Source: Sminthopsis crassicaudata (lineage: Eukaryota). From it: a stretch of 64,000 nucleotides of DNA. The translations under genes and the position numbers were made by a program. Numbering within the stretch: the first letter of the stretch is position 1; each line of letters starts with the position of its first letter. Positions 1-12,500 of the stretch are shown here, piece after piece. The stretch lies in assembly GCF_048593235.1 (NCBI RefSeq), contig NC_133620.1:442523261-442587260 (forward strand). Direction: 5' to 3'. Under the pieces are notes generated by a model that worked only from the letters and a program-made list of their open reading frames with translations, did not search any database and had not been told where the DNA came from.

Positions 1-368
1 AACTCAAGTCCTCCAGACTTAAAGGCTGATGCTCCACTGCACCCACCTAGCTGCCCCTAGGCACAAACTTTTAACTGGTAAGTAGATTTTGGAGGGAGGC
101 ATCCCAGAAAGTGTTCTAAAGGGCAGAGGAAAGACAGTTTGAAAATGAATACTTGCCGCAGATGGTATATAAGATATTTATACTACTTGTGTATAAGAGA
201 GAGTTGACAATAGTTACCAAAAGAATTATACAAGTGAACTGAGGGAGAGGGTGAATTGATAATTTGGAGAAGGGCTAAGAATCCTCGAAGATTAGCTTTA
301 AAATTCTTTAAGGGGAGTGTTGGAATTTTTTCCCATATCCCTGTCTTTTCTCTCCCCCACCCTCACAG

Positions 369-553
369 CAGTGACTCAACTCTAGAGAATGCTGTAACAG
401 AGGTGATGGACCACCGACCTCTGGAGCAGCATTACCCCCCTCCCTGCAATGTAACAGCAGAGCTGGTGGGGTCCTGTGCCACTCTGGTAGCCGAGAGAAT
501 CCTTCAGGGGAAGCCAGAAATCTTGGACTGGCAAACTGCAGCACTTCTGCATG
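369..553 (+). CDS. PRUNE1: PRUNE1 exon (185 nt, human exon 4 equivalent)
   Basis: ctcacag|CAGTGAC ... CTGCATG|gtaagg; encodes DHRP and VGSCATLV motifs. Confidence 0.96.
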
Positions 554-3500
554 GTAAGGGCATTTTGGAAAGTATGGGGAAGTGTGGGGGAAGCTTTAGG
601 TCACCTTAGTACAGAATAAAGGACTTTTCCTTCTTTGCTCATTGGGGCTTTCTATATTAGAGTTCAAAACTTGTCTTCAGGCTTATAGAGCAATTTGCTT
701 TTCAGACATTTTCAGGGAAGGGAACAGCAATAGCTACCTGCATCTTTGCAAGCTGTTAAGTATTAAACTCGACTTGGTGTTGTCTATTTTGCTTTGGGGA
801 AATCTCATCTATCTTTGCTTATGATAAAAGCTTTCCAAGCCTGCAACAATCCTGCTTCTCTTTATTTTTATATTTATATTGCAAGATCTTTTTTTCCTAA
901 GTTTCTGGGATTTCAGAAAATCTTAAGTTTATAAGTGAAAGAGAAAATAAAAATCAACATAGTACTTTTTTCCTAGTGGTTTTACTCCACTCTTTCCAAT
1001 GCTGTATGTTCAGTTTGTTGAAGGAAATGTTTAGGGTAGTATATGAAGGCAGAATTTCAGGTATCAATTTTCCTTTTTCTCACAGGGACCATAATCTTGG
1101 ATTGTGTCAACATGGCCCCTGAAGCTGGCAAGGTAACTCCAAAAGATTCCAAATATGTGGCACAGCTAGAAGCCCAATTTCCAGACCTACCTAATAGAAG
1201 CAACATCTTTGAGTCCCTTCAGAAAGCAAAATTTGATATATCAGGTATGAAACATTAAACTGGCTTCCCTTCTTAGGGATAGTAAGTGGGTAACCAGTGG
1301 CAAACTCTTGTCCTTCCTTTGTTCTGTTGCCATGCTTGGGGGCAGTTGGGAAGTATGAGAGATAATGTAGGCTATAAATAGAAGGTAAGTACAAGCCAGA
1401 AAGAAACTAGGTTTTAAATAAGACTGATATTTAATTAGTCTATAAGGAATATTTGTCTAGCAGCTAGGTGTCTTCTTGGTACCTGTGGTGTGCTGACTTA
1501 TGTGTGTTGGGTGAGTTTGTATTAAGAGATATATTCCCTTCACTCAAGAGTTGTCTGTCTAATCAGGGAAACAGTACATTTTAAAGTAAGTAAATCATGT
1601 ATTAACTGAGTTTATAGGTGAGATAAAATACTAAAGGATGGATTGGTAGGGACTAGAAGTGGGTTTGGGTACTTGCTTTTAATCTAAGGGAAGAATAGGG
1701 TTAATGTTTCTAGAAAATTTACTGATATATATCCATTTTTTACACTTTTTTTTTTAAACTTTGAGATTATTTGTTAGATTCTGCTCAAGATTGTTCAAAA
1801 ACAATCTCTGTTTTTCTTTTTACAGTGTTAACATTAGGGGTAGCCAAATTTATTATGTGTCATTTTGGGGATGGTTTTTTCTTTATCTTGCTCACTCACT
1901 CCCATTGTACTGTTCTTTTATACCCTCTCAATAGTCCTAGTCTTTTATCTTGGTCTTTGAGCCCTCTGCTCTTCCTTTAGCTTTTTCATTCCATACCTTC
2001 ACCTTTTGCCTATCCACTTTCCAGGGCTGACTACAGAGCAGATGCTGAGAAAGGATTTGAAGACAATCTCTGGGGATGGTACCATGCTGGCCATTAGTGC
2101 AATATACATGGATTTGGAGGTAAAAGCCAGGGATAAGGGAGTTTACTCAGAATAGGTATAGAGGAGACAAACCAGTGCTTCATGTATCCTTCCTCTAAAA
2201 CCTCAAATTACACTTAATGTATATGATGATAAGTGTTAGAGAATCATATAGTATTAAATCTAAAGGGAACCTTAGAAATCATTTAGTCTACCCATCTCAT
2301 TTTACACATGACAGAACTCTTAGTTTTTCATTATTCTGTGGCTCTAGGTCAGTCAGCAATCCTGTTTATTGGAGAACTGCTTATGCCATTTCATGAACAT
2401 ACAACCATGGAAATATGTCACAGTATTTACAATCACCATTTATCCCTCCTTTTGTCCTTTGGATGATCTGAAATTTTGATTCTTCAGAGAGTATGGTGTT
2501 CTAAGATTAGCAACTACAATGACAATGGAAGAAATTTCATTTAAAAAATGGTGGCGTCTTGTGCCAAGGAGCAGTTTCTCCAGTGCAATCCAGCTGCTTT
2601 GAAGGGTAGAGGAGAGGAAGTAAAAGGAGAGGTAGGCAGCTTCCCCTTCCTATTGTCTTCTGCTTGATCTCCAGCCTCAGTGGAGTGGAAAGAGGAATAG
2701 CATTCTACCTCATGCATTTCCAGCTTGTATGGGAGAATTAGAAACTCCATTCCAACATATGTATCTCTCGATGCTGAAATATGAGGAGCAAGTGTCATTC
2801 CATCAAGTCTGCAACTTAGTTCCCTGCCTTAGGGTAGTAGAATATCATGACCCCTTCTCTAGGTTCTTGCTTCTTCACTTAAATTGCCTAAGGTTCTAAA
2901 ATAGAAGCGGGGGAGGGAAAGGGAACACACATTTATTAAAATCTTACTAAGCATCAGATACTGTACCAAGCATTTTACCACTATTATCTCTTTTGATCCC
3001 CCGAAGAGCACTGGGAGTAAGAGCTATTATCCTCTTCCTATAGATGAGGAACAGGCAAACAGAATTTAAGTGGCTTATGTGTGTAAATGTGTGCAGGGCA
3101 GTATTTGAACAGAGATCTTTCTGACTCCAAGCCTAGCACTCTAATCGCTGTTGCACCTATCTGGCTTCACTCTTAATTTATAATAGTAACTTTAAAATTC
3201 TTTCTGAGATAAAGTCTTCCACCTGGTCATATTTTACATGTCCTGGTGAATCTGTACCTTTGTAGGTTGCCATCCAAACCTCATTCCCTATTCCACACTA
3301 CCCAATCCCTTGTTCCCATTCTCTTTAACCTAACCCCAACCCCACCCCCACCCCCACCCCCACCATGTTGCACTGTAAAGCTACTCACCCTTTCCATTGT
3401 GCCCTCTAGAATACCTACCCATAATCATTTAGCTTGTGCTCATCTTAAATATTCCTTTTCCAGTTCTTCCCCCTCATGGCACAAATTCTCTGGCCATCCT

Positions 3501-6500
3501 TTCCAGCACTGGCTGTAATTTTATTCATTCTGTTTCAACATACTAGTCAAGGCAGGGGAATTGGAATACTCCTTCCCCTTTGCCACTTTCAGGTTTCCTG
3601 ATGGTGGCATCATCACTCATTAATCTCATCCTCCTTGGAGATTAGACAATCAAAATCTCGATAATTGTTGTCTACCTACCTCCAGGTCCCTCCCTCTTTC
3701 TCTTATGCTAGGGAACTTCAACATACATAAGTACTCAGTTCTCTCAAACATCACCCTCTTCTCCCAGTTCCTTAACCAACTGATTTCTCACAATGGTTAC
3801 TCCACTTTACTTTATCCACACACAAAGATAGTCATATCTTTGATTCTATTGTCACTCACAAAGGCATCAACTCTGAAATTTCCTTACTTAGTTACATTCT
3901 CTGCTTCCCATCACCAAATTCTTTTCTTATCCACAATGAGACCTTCCTTGATTTCTCTAATTTTCTCCTAGACCATTTCCCTGCTGTAGCCATACACTCT
4001 TCCTTTCATCTCCTTGATCCTTTAGTGAACCAATTCAACTCTACACTGTCTTCTTCTTTTTAATCTTTTGTCCTCTTACCAAAGTACCAATCAAGCTTTG
4101 GCAAACCTTTGCTCACTCCTTCCATCTCCTGCTTTGAACTCACATATGTGCTGCTGAATGAAGATGAGAAAATCATTTAATTGTTCTGTTTGGGTCCACT
4201 TTAAATTTGTTACAGAAACTCATTTCTGCTCTCACTGCTGCTTGGTAATTCTTCCACATTTTCGTGATGTGAAAACTCACTCTCCCATCTCCACAATGGC
4301 TCTTCCACTTTTCATTCCACCTCAAACCTTCTATTATTCTCCCTCCACCATCTTTTCAGCTGAGAACCTTTCCTTATTTTTTACTGAAAAAATGCAGGCC
4401 AGTCACTGAGAGCTGCCGCTTCTCATCTCATCTCATTCAGAGATTTCTGCCAAGGACAAGTAGTGCTAGGGATAAAGCACTCAGAAATACCTCAAACACT
4501 TCCTGGATAACTCTGGGCAAATCACTTAACCCATATTTGCTTCAGTTTTCTCATCTGTGCAGTGGAGATGATAATAGCACCTGCCTCTTAGGGTTTTGGG
4601 GAGGATCAAATGAGATAATATTTGAAAAGTACTTAACACAGTTGTTGTTCAGTGTCGATCCCACTTGGAGTTTTCTTTTTTTTCTCTCTTTTTCTTTTTT
4701 TCTTCTTCATTCTTTTTCTTTCTTCCCCCCCCCCCCCCATGAGGCAATCAGGGTTAAGTGACTTGCCCAGGGTCACATAGCCAGTAAATGTCAAGTATCT
4801 GAGGCTGGATTTGAACTTGGGTTCTCTTGATTCTAGGGCCGAAGCTCTGTCCACTATGTAACTTTGCTTAGATTTTCTTAGTAAAGTATTAGTGTGGTTT
4901 GCCATTTCCTCCAGTTCATTGGTTTAAAAAAAAAAAAAAGATTAAGTAACTTGCCTAGGGTCAGATAGCTAGTACAAGTTTGAGGCTACATTTGAAATCA
5001 GGAAGTCTTCCTGACTCTGGGCCCAACACTATCCACCATAATACTGTCATATTGCTTTCTTAACACAATACCTGGCATGTGATAAGTTCTATATATGTAC
5101 ATTAGCTATTGCTGCTGCTACTACTGTTACTACAACATCAATCCTAGTCAAGAAAACCTCCTCTGTATGTCTAAGTGATCCTTTTCTATCCCTTCTTCTC
5201 TAGTAGATCCCCTCTTCTGTCATTCTCTACTCCTTCACCTATCTTTAGCCTCTCCTTGTCTACTCCCTGGCTTCCCTAATGCCTACAAACATACCCACAT
5301 CTCTTTACCCTTAACTAATGCTCATTTGATCCTCCCATTCCCTCTGATACCACAAAGCTCTTTTGCCTTTGAGCCAAATTCCTTAAGAAAGCTATCTGCA
5401 ATAGGTGCTTCCATTTATCAAATGTGCATACCCTTTGACCCAGCAGAGTTACTACTGAGCTTATATCCCAAAGAGATCTTAAAGAAGGGAAAGGGACCTA
5501 TATGTGCAAGAATGTTTGTGGCAGCCCTCTTTGTAGTGGCCAGAAACTGGAAATTGAATGGATGCCCATCAATTGGAGAATGGCTGAATAAATTATGGTA
5601 TATGGATGTTATGGAATATTATTTTTCTGTAAGAAATGATTAACAGGATGATTGCAGAAAGGCCTGGAGAGACTTACATGAACTGATGCTGAGTGAAATG
5701 AGCAGGACCAGGAAATCGTTGTATACTTCAACAACAATACTATATGATGATCAATTCTGATGGACGTGGCCATCTTCAACAATGAGATGAACCAAATCAG
5801 TTCCAATAGAGCAGTAATGAACTGAATCAGCTATACCCAGTGAAAGAACTCTGGGAAATTAGTGTGAACCACTACATAGCATTTCCAGTCCCTCTATTTT
5901 TGTCCACTTGCATTTTTTATTTCCTTCACAGGTTAAATGTACATTATTTCAAAATCTGATCCTTCTTGTGCAGCAAAATAATTATGGATATGTATACATA
6001 TATTGTATTTAACATATACTTTAACATATTTAACATGTATTGGTCTACCTGCCATCTGGGGGAGGGAATGGAGGGAAGGAGGGGGGAAATTGGAATAAAA
6101 GGTTTTGCACTTGTCAAAAAAAAAAAAAAAAAAGTGCTTCCATTTCCTAGGCTCTCACATTGGTTCAACAATCCTGGTATTCAGTAACATCTATTTTGGC
6201 TAGAAACCTTGAGAGGCTTCCCCAACCAGATTTATTTATTTGTTTGTTTATTTTGACCAGGTAAAAGAGTCCATTCCATACCTCATTTCTTTCTTAGCCT
6301 TAATCACTGAATGGGCATTGCCCAGTCAAACAGACCTATTAAAGAGCTTAGCTTAAAAAAATCAAGGTCTCCAACTACATCTGGGGCCTGATCTATATTT
6401 TGCCAGTGGACCCAGATGGCTTTGGAAGACAAAGTAAAGCAGGTGACCTTGCCAATCTCCCTCACTTAAATGTCATGGCATACCCTTCTTGATGCCATGG

Positions 6501-9500
6501 TCCTCTTTGAGAACAAAGGACAAAGGGCTTCCTACCTCATCAGTCAACTGAAACTATTCTTTTCAAAGTTACCAGTGATTTCAGCTGCCAAATCCAATAA
6601 CCTTTTCTCAGTCCTCATTTTCTGCAGTCTTTGATGCTATTGATCATCCTCTCCTCCTTGATACTCTCTTTTCTGTAGGTTTTAAGGATGTCCTAATTTC
6701 CCTATTTATCTGACTGTTCCTTTGCCAAATCTTCATCTGTGACATTTGCTAGCTATGGTTGTTCCATAGGGCTGTCCTGAGCCCTCTTTTCTTCTCCTCC
6801 TATACTAATTCACTTGGTGATCTCATCAACTCCCATGGATTCATTTTAAATTTTTCTATCATTTTAATCTCCAAGCGGATGAGTCTCACAATTTTTTTGC
6901 CTCTTAATTTCTCCTCTGCAACTTTTCTTTAATATATTCCTCAACACCTGATGCCTGGATTATTACAATAACCCATTGGTGGTTCTTCCTGCCTCAGGTT
7001 TCTTCCCCCTCCAATCTATCCTTCTTTCAGTCAGTAAAGTGATTTTCCTGAAGCATGGGGTCTGATTATGGTAAATGTTCCCCCCATTATACTCAACAAC
7101 CTCCAGTGATTCCCTGTTGCTTCCAGGATCAAAAGAAAAATGTTCCAAATCCTTCATAACCAAGCATTTTCCTACTTTTCCAATCTTCTTATACCTTATT
7201 CCCTGTCAAGTAGTACACTTCAGTCCAGTGACACTAGTCTGGTTATTCCATAAACAAGACACTCTATTCCTTAACTCCAGACATTTTCCCTGACTATCCT
7301 CCATGCCCAGAATGCTCTCTGTCTTCAGTCTTCTTGGCTTCCTTTAAATGTCATCTAAATCCCATCTTCTTCAGAAGTCTTTCCTAACCCCTTAATTCTA
7401 CTGTTTTCTTTCTCTTAATTATTTTCCCTTCATTCTACATATTTGTTTGCTTGTTGAGGGCAGGGACTATGTTTGGTCTTTTTTTGTATCCTTATCACTT
7501 AGCATTGTATCTGGGATATAGTAGGTATTTAATAAATAGTTATTCTTTGATTGCCTGCACAGGCAGGATGAGGAGGATCCCATGGACTAAAATTTTATAG
7601 AAAAAGCCCAGAAGAAATGGAAGACTCTCAAGAATGAAATTTTGAAGACACAAAAAGGGAACCGATTCCAAAGAACAGGAAAATAGGAATTCCACTTAGA
7701 TTTTTTATTTTCAAAAGATATATGTAGAAAAAGGAAGGGAGGGAGGAAGGAAGAGCAAATAATGGTGTGAATATAAAAGTATGATGTAGTGCTGGAGCAA
7801 ACCATCAGGAGTGAAGAGAATCAGAATGAGATTGGTGAGAAAAGCTAAGGATAACAAAAGTTAAGGAAAGTTGCAGGTAGAGGCTTATGTTTTTGATATA
7901 TTGAGGATTAGGACTGCTACTTGGAGTGATGGAGGACAATAGTAACTTATTGCCAGGAAGGCAGAACAGCTCACTTCCTCTGTTTTCTCTTCCAAAGAGA
8001 GGAACACTTAGCTAGAAAAGTACTAAATAAAAATATACCTTACCAGGAATTAAGTTATCCCAAATAAATAATTAGGTAGTAAAAGATCACTTACCTGGTC
8101 TAAATGAATTTAAGATAGTTGGCTTAGATGAACTGCTTTTTTGGGTACTGAAAGAAATGGCAAGTGTAATTGCCAATCCAGTGTCAATGTAATTAAAAGA
8201 TCCTGGAGAAGAGGAAAGATATTACAAAAATGGGGAAGGGCAAATGTCCTAATTTTCAGAAAAGGAAAGATAATAATATTTGCAAACTATGGGCCACTAA
8301 TTAATTCCTAAGAAAATGCTAGAAGGTAATAGAATGTAAAAGTTATAGTTAGTGAATATCTAAAAAAGGGAAAGTTTCATCAAGAGCAAGTTATAGAAAT
8401 ATTTGTTATAACTCTTTTTGTAGTAGCCAAAACCTGAAAACAAGGTAGCCATCCATTGGGAAAATAGCTAAACAAATTATGGTATGTGAATGTATTAGAA
8501 TATTCTTGCTCTATAAGATGAAACAGAGTAGGTTGCTACAGAGAAAACTAGAAAGATTTCTGTGAACTAATGAAGAGTGAAGTGAGCAAAACCAAGAGAA
8601 CAGTTTATACAGCAATAATATTATTAAGAAAACTTTGAAAGACTTCATTACTCTGTTGAATCGACAAACCTGATTCCATTGGACCAGAAGGATGCCTCTG
8701 GTGGAGTGCCCTTGGTTCTGTGGTTGGTGCAATGCTGTTTTGTCATTTTTTAATCAGTGATTTAAACAGAAACATAGACAACATATTCATGGTTACAGGT
8801 GACACAAAAACTAAGAAGTATAGCTAAAATGCTTAACAAAATTAGGGTCCCAAAAGATCATAATTGATAACTGAGCTAATCTAATAAGATTTAATTTGAT
8901 AAGGATAAATTTGAGGTCATATACTTGGATTTTTAAAATTATGAGTATAAGATGGAGGAGGTAGGGTTAGCATTTTGAAAAAAAAGATCTGGGAGTTTCA
9001 TTATGTTACCATTGTGATATGAACCAACAATGCAGTATGGCAGCCAGAACACTAAAGCTAAACATGGCTTTGGGCTATCTTAAAGAGATTAGGGAAGAGA
9101 TTTTTTTTTAATTGTCATTTTTATCTCCTAACTTCTAACTGTGTATCTCCATCTGGAAATACACTGAAGAAAAAAACATTGAAAAACGTCTAGAAGACGA
9201 TAACCAGAGTAAAGGGCCTTGAATTCATGCCATCCTGCCATAAAGATAGACTGGAGCACAGAAAAGTCAAGTCTTAGGAGCATCATAATTGTTATCTTCA
9301 AGTTTTTGAAAATGATGTCAAGTGGAAGAAGCATCAAACTATTTTTGCCCCAAAGGGCCTAGGGGCTGAATGGAAGTTGCAAGGATTTAAATGAAATGTT
9401 AGGGGAAACATTCCAGGAATTGAAGCAAAAAAAAATCTCTTCCCTAATCTCTTTAAGATAATTTGGGAGCTGGTGAGCTTCTTCCTAATGAAAGGCTTCA

Positions 9501-12500
9501 AGAAGAGGCTTTAGCAGGATTTTTTTTTTTTTTTTATAGAGTATAGATCAGGATTTGAAGGCTTTTCCATTTCTGAAATACTGTTATTCTCTAATTTGCT
9601 CCTAGTATTGATGACAGTGTTTCCCTTTACAAGGTAAAATTCCCTTAAAGTCAAAATGTCAATAATGTGTGAATTCAGTGTCTCTCATGATTGTTCTCAT
9701 TGATTTTTTTATCTTCCCTGTGGCCACAGCACACTTTGGGCATTAACCCAGAGTCTTTGTTCCATGAGAAGGAAGAGTAAGGAATTAAGCTTCAACTTCA
9801 TTGTAGCACTGTTTGCAGGATAGTATAGGTGGAACTCACTGGTGGACAGAACAATTTCAGTCTCAGGGTAAGATTCTGTAGGACTAGTAAGGTTCCTAGA
9901 AAAGGTGTGACCTACTAGAGAGAATGTAAAGTAGCCTTTTGTATGTGTGTATATGATTAAATAAAGTCTGTTCAATATTTTATTACCCTAAGTTTTCACA
10001 TGAGCGTTAAGAACTATCATATATAAGCCAAATTCTAATGTTTCTGGGAAAAACCCTGGTAAAGCACAAAGATCCACAGATATACATTGGGAAGTCCCCA
10101 AGACTGAAGCTGCTACACATCAGATTACATTCATGATGAGCCTGATAAGAGGATACTACTGAGGTAGAAAAGGCCCTTATGCTGTAGGCAGGCACTGTCG
10201 TTGGTGAGAAATAAGGAGCCTCTGAAGATTTTTGAACAGAAGAATGACAAGACTAGCTCTATACACTTTAAGAGATTATTCTGTATATTTGTTATAAGGA
10301 TTCTGTTTTTATTTTATTCTTTTAAATTGGAAGGGAAGGGAATGCTTATTATTAGAAAAATAAAAATTTTATTTTAAAAGATTATTCAGTCCAGGGTATA
10401 AAAGAACAGATTGGAGGAGAAATAAGAGTGGTAACAAGAACTATAATAAGTATGTTATACATTTTTGTCCAATGACCAACAAGTTAAATTTTTTTTTAAA
10501 CATTCTTATTTAAAATTTTCAGTTCCATATTCTCTGTCATCTTTCAGCCCCTCTTTAACCCATTGAGAAAGCAAGAAATAGGATAGTATTATGCATGCAA
10601 AGTCATGCAAAATGTATTTCCATATTAGCCATGTTGCAAAAAGAAAAAAGAAAAATGTGGAAAATTAAAGAAAATATGCTTTAATCTATTAAGAAAAAGA
10701 AAAAGAAATATAGTAATCCAGCTAAATTATAGCAGTGAAAATAGAGTTCAACAGATGTTGTAGAGATGGAATTAAGAAGTCTGGGTAACTAAATGAAGGA
10801 GTGGGAAAGGGGAAAAAATCAAAAAGATAATCCTGAGAATATGAACATGGAAAACTAAGTGAATTGTGGTGGCAATGACACACATTATATAATGATGAAA
10901 TGTAGAACTTGTTTTGGACATGTTAAGTTTGAGGTATGAGTGCATTCCAGGCAGAAGTGTCTGATCAGCAGATTACTCAGACGAGAGGTCAAGGTCAATA
11001 ATTTTGTGCACTACCATCTATATGATAGTGGTACTTGAAGCTGTAAGAATTACTGAAATTAGAAGATGACGCATAAGAAAAGCACATATATATATTTTTT
11101 TTTTATTTTAAGAGATTTATCAATGAAGGAGAGAAGGAAAATGTGAAAAGAGCTAAATGGTTCAGAAGTATACATTTTTTTGGATTGGAGAGATCTGAAA
11201 GTGTTTGTGGGGTAGATGGGAAGATACCAATTATGAGAATAAAGTTGAAAATTCATGAGAGTGAGCAGATCCCAGAGAAAACAGAAATCGGATCAAGATG
11301 AAATTCCCTGTTTCCAGGGAATTTCTTCATGTGAGTCTGACTTCTCTATTCAGAAATCTTCAGTGATTGTCTTTGGCTTCTGGGGTAAAATATAAATTTC
11401 TTAACCTGGCTTTTAAAACCTCCTAAACCTGGGTTCCTGCCAGCCTTTCCATAATTCTTTTACATTATTACTGTCCTTCACTCAGTCTGAGTTCCTTCTT
11501 AATTGAACTTCTGGTGGTTCCTCGAGGCAGAAAGATAGGAGGTTCACATCAACCTTTTTTTTTTTTTTAAGAAACAATTTTATCCAAGAGAATGACAAGG
11601 AAACAACCTACCAAAATCTATAGGATACAAACCAGTTATTAGGGGATGTAAATGTCTCTCTCTTCATCACAAGATCATTGGTGAAAACATTTTTACAGTT
11701 AAAGGTTCTGATAAAGGCCTCATCTCCAAAATATACAGAGAATTGACTTTAATTTATAAGAAATCAAGCCATTCTCCAATTGATAAATGGTCAAAGGATA
11801 TGAACAGACAATTTTCAGATGATGAAATTGAAACCATATCCACTCATATGAAAGAGTGTTCCAAATCACTATTGATCAGAGAAATGCAAATTAAGACAAC
11901 TCTGAGATATCATTACACACCTGTCAGATTGGCTAAGATGACAGGAACAAATAACGATGAATGTTGGAGGGGCTGTGGGAAAACTGGGACACTGATGCAT
12001 TGTTGGTGGAGTTGTGAAAGAATCCAACCATTCTGGAGAGCAATCTGGAATTATGCCCAAAAAGTTATCAAAATGTGCATACCCTTTGACCCAGCATTGC
12101 TGTTATTGGGCTTATATCCCAAGGAAATACTAAAGAAGGGAAAGGGACCTGTATGTGCCAAAATGTTTTTGGCAGCTCTTTTCGTAGTGGCTAGAAGCTG
12201 GAAGATGAATGGATGTCCATCAATTGGAGAATGGTTGGGTAAATTATGGTATATGAAGGTTATGGAATACTATTGCTCTGTAAGAAATGACCAGCAGGAG
12301 GAATACAGAGAGGCTTGGAGAGACTTACATCAACTGATGCTGAGTGAAACGAGCAGAACCAGAAGATCGCTGTACACTTCAACAATGATACTGTACGAGG
12401 ATGTATGCTGATGGAAGTGAATATCTTCAACATAGAGAAGAGCTAATCCAATTCCAATTGATTAATGATGGACAGAACCAGCTACATCCAGAAAAGGAAC

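Larger units (their letters stand above)
3300..7540 (+). mobile_element. Long decayed LINE-2 (L2) relic interrupted by younger elements; ends approximate
   Basis: LGNFNIH endonuclease-like motif at 3705. Decayed RT motifs at 6600-6900 (AFDTIDH-, GVPQG/LGPLLF- and ADDSQ-like). Typical L2 3' tail (gagggcagggactatg...tagtaggtatttaataaat) ending near 7540. Confidence 0.75.

Noticed and set aside
9076-9460. Interpreting the 34-bp inverted repeat as a TA-flanked MITE
   Set aside because: The interior is collinear with the surrounding L3 relic and the termini do not resemble Tc1/mariner TIRs.
11743-12411. 222-aa ORF as a host gene
   Set aside because: It is the L1 ORF2 C-terminus in a 5'-truncated copy with no promoter or RT domain.
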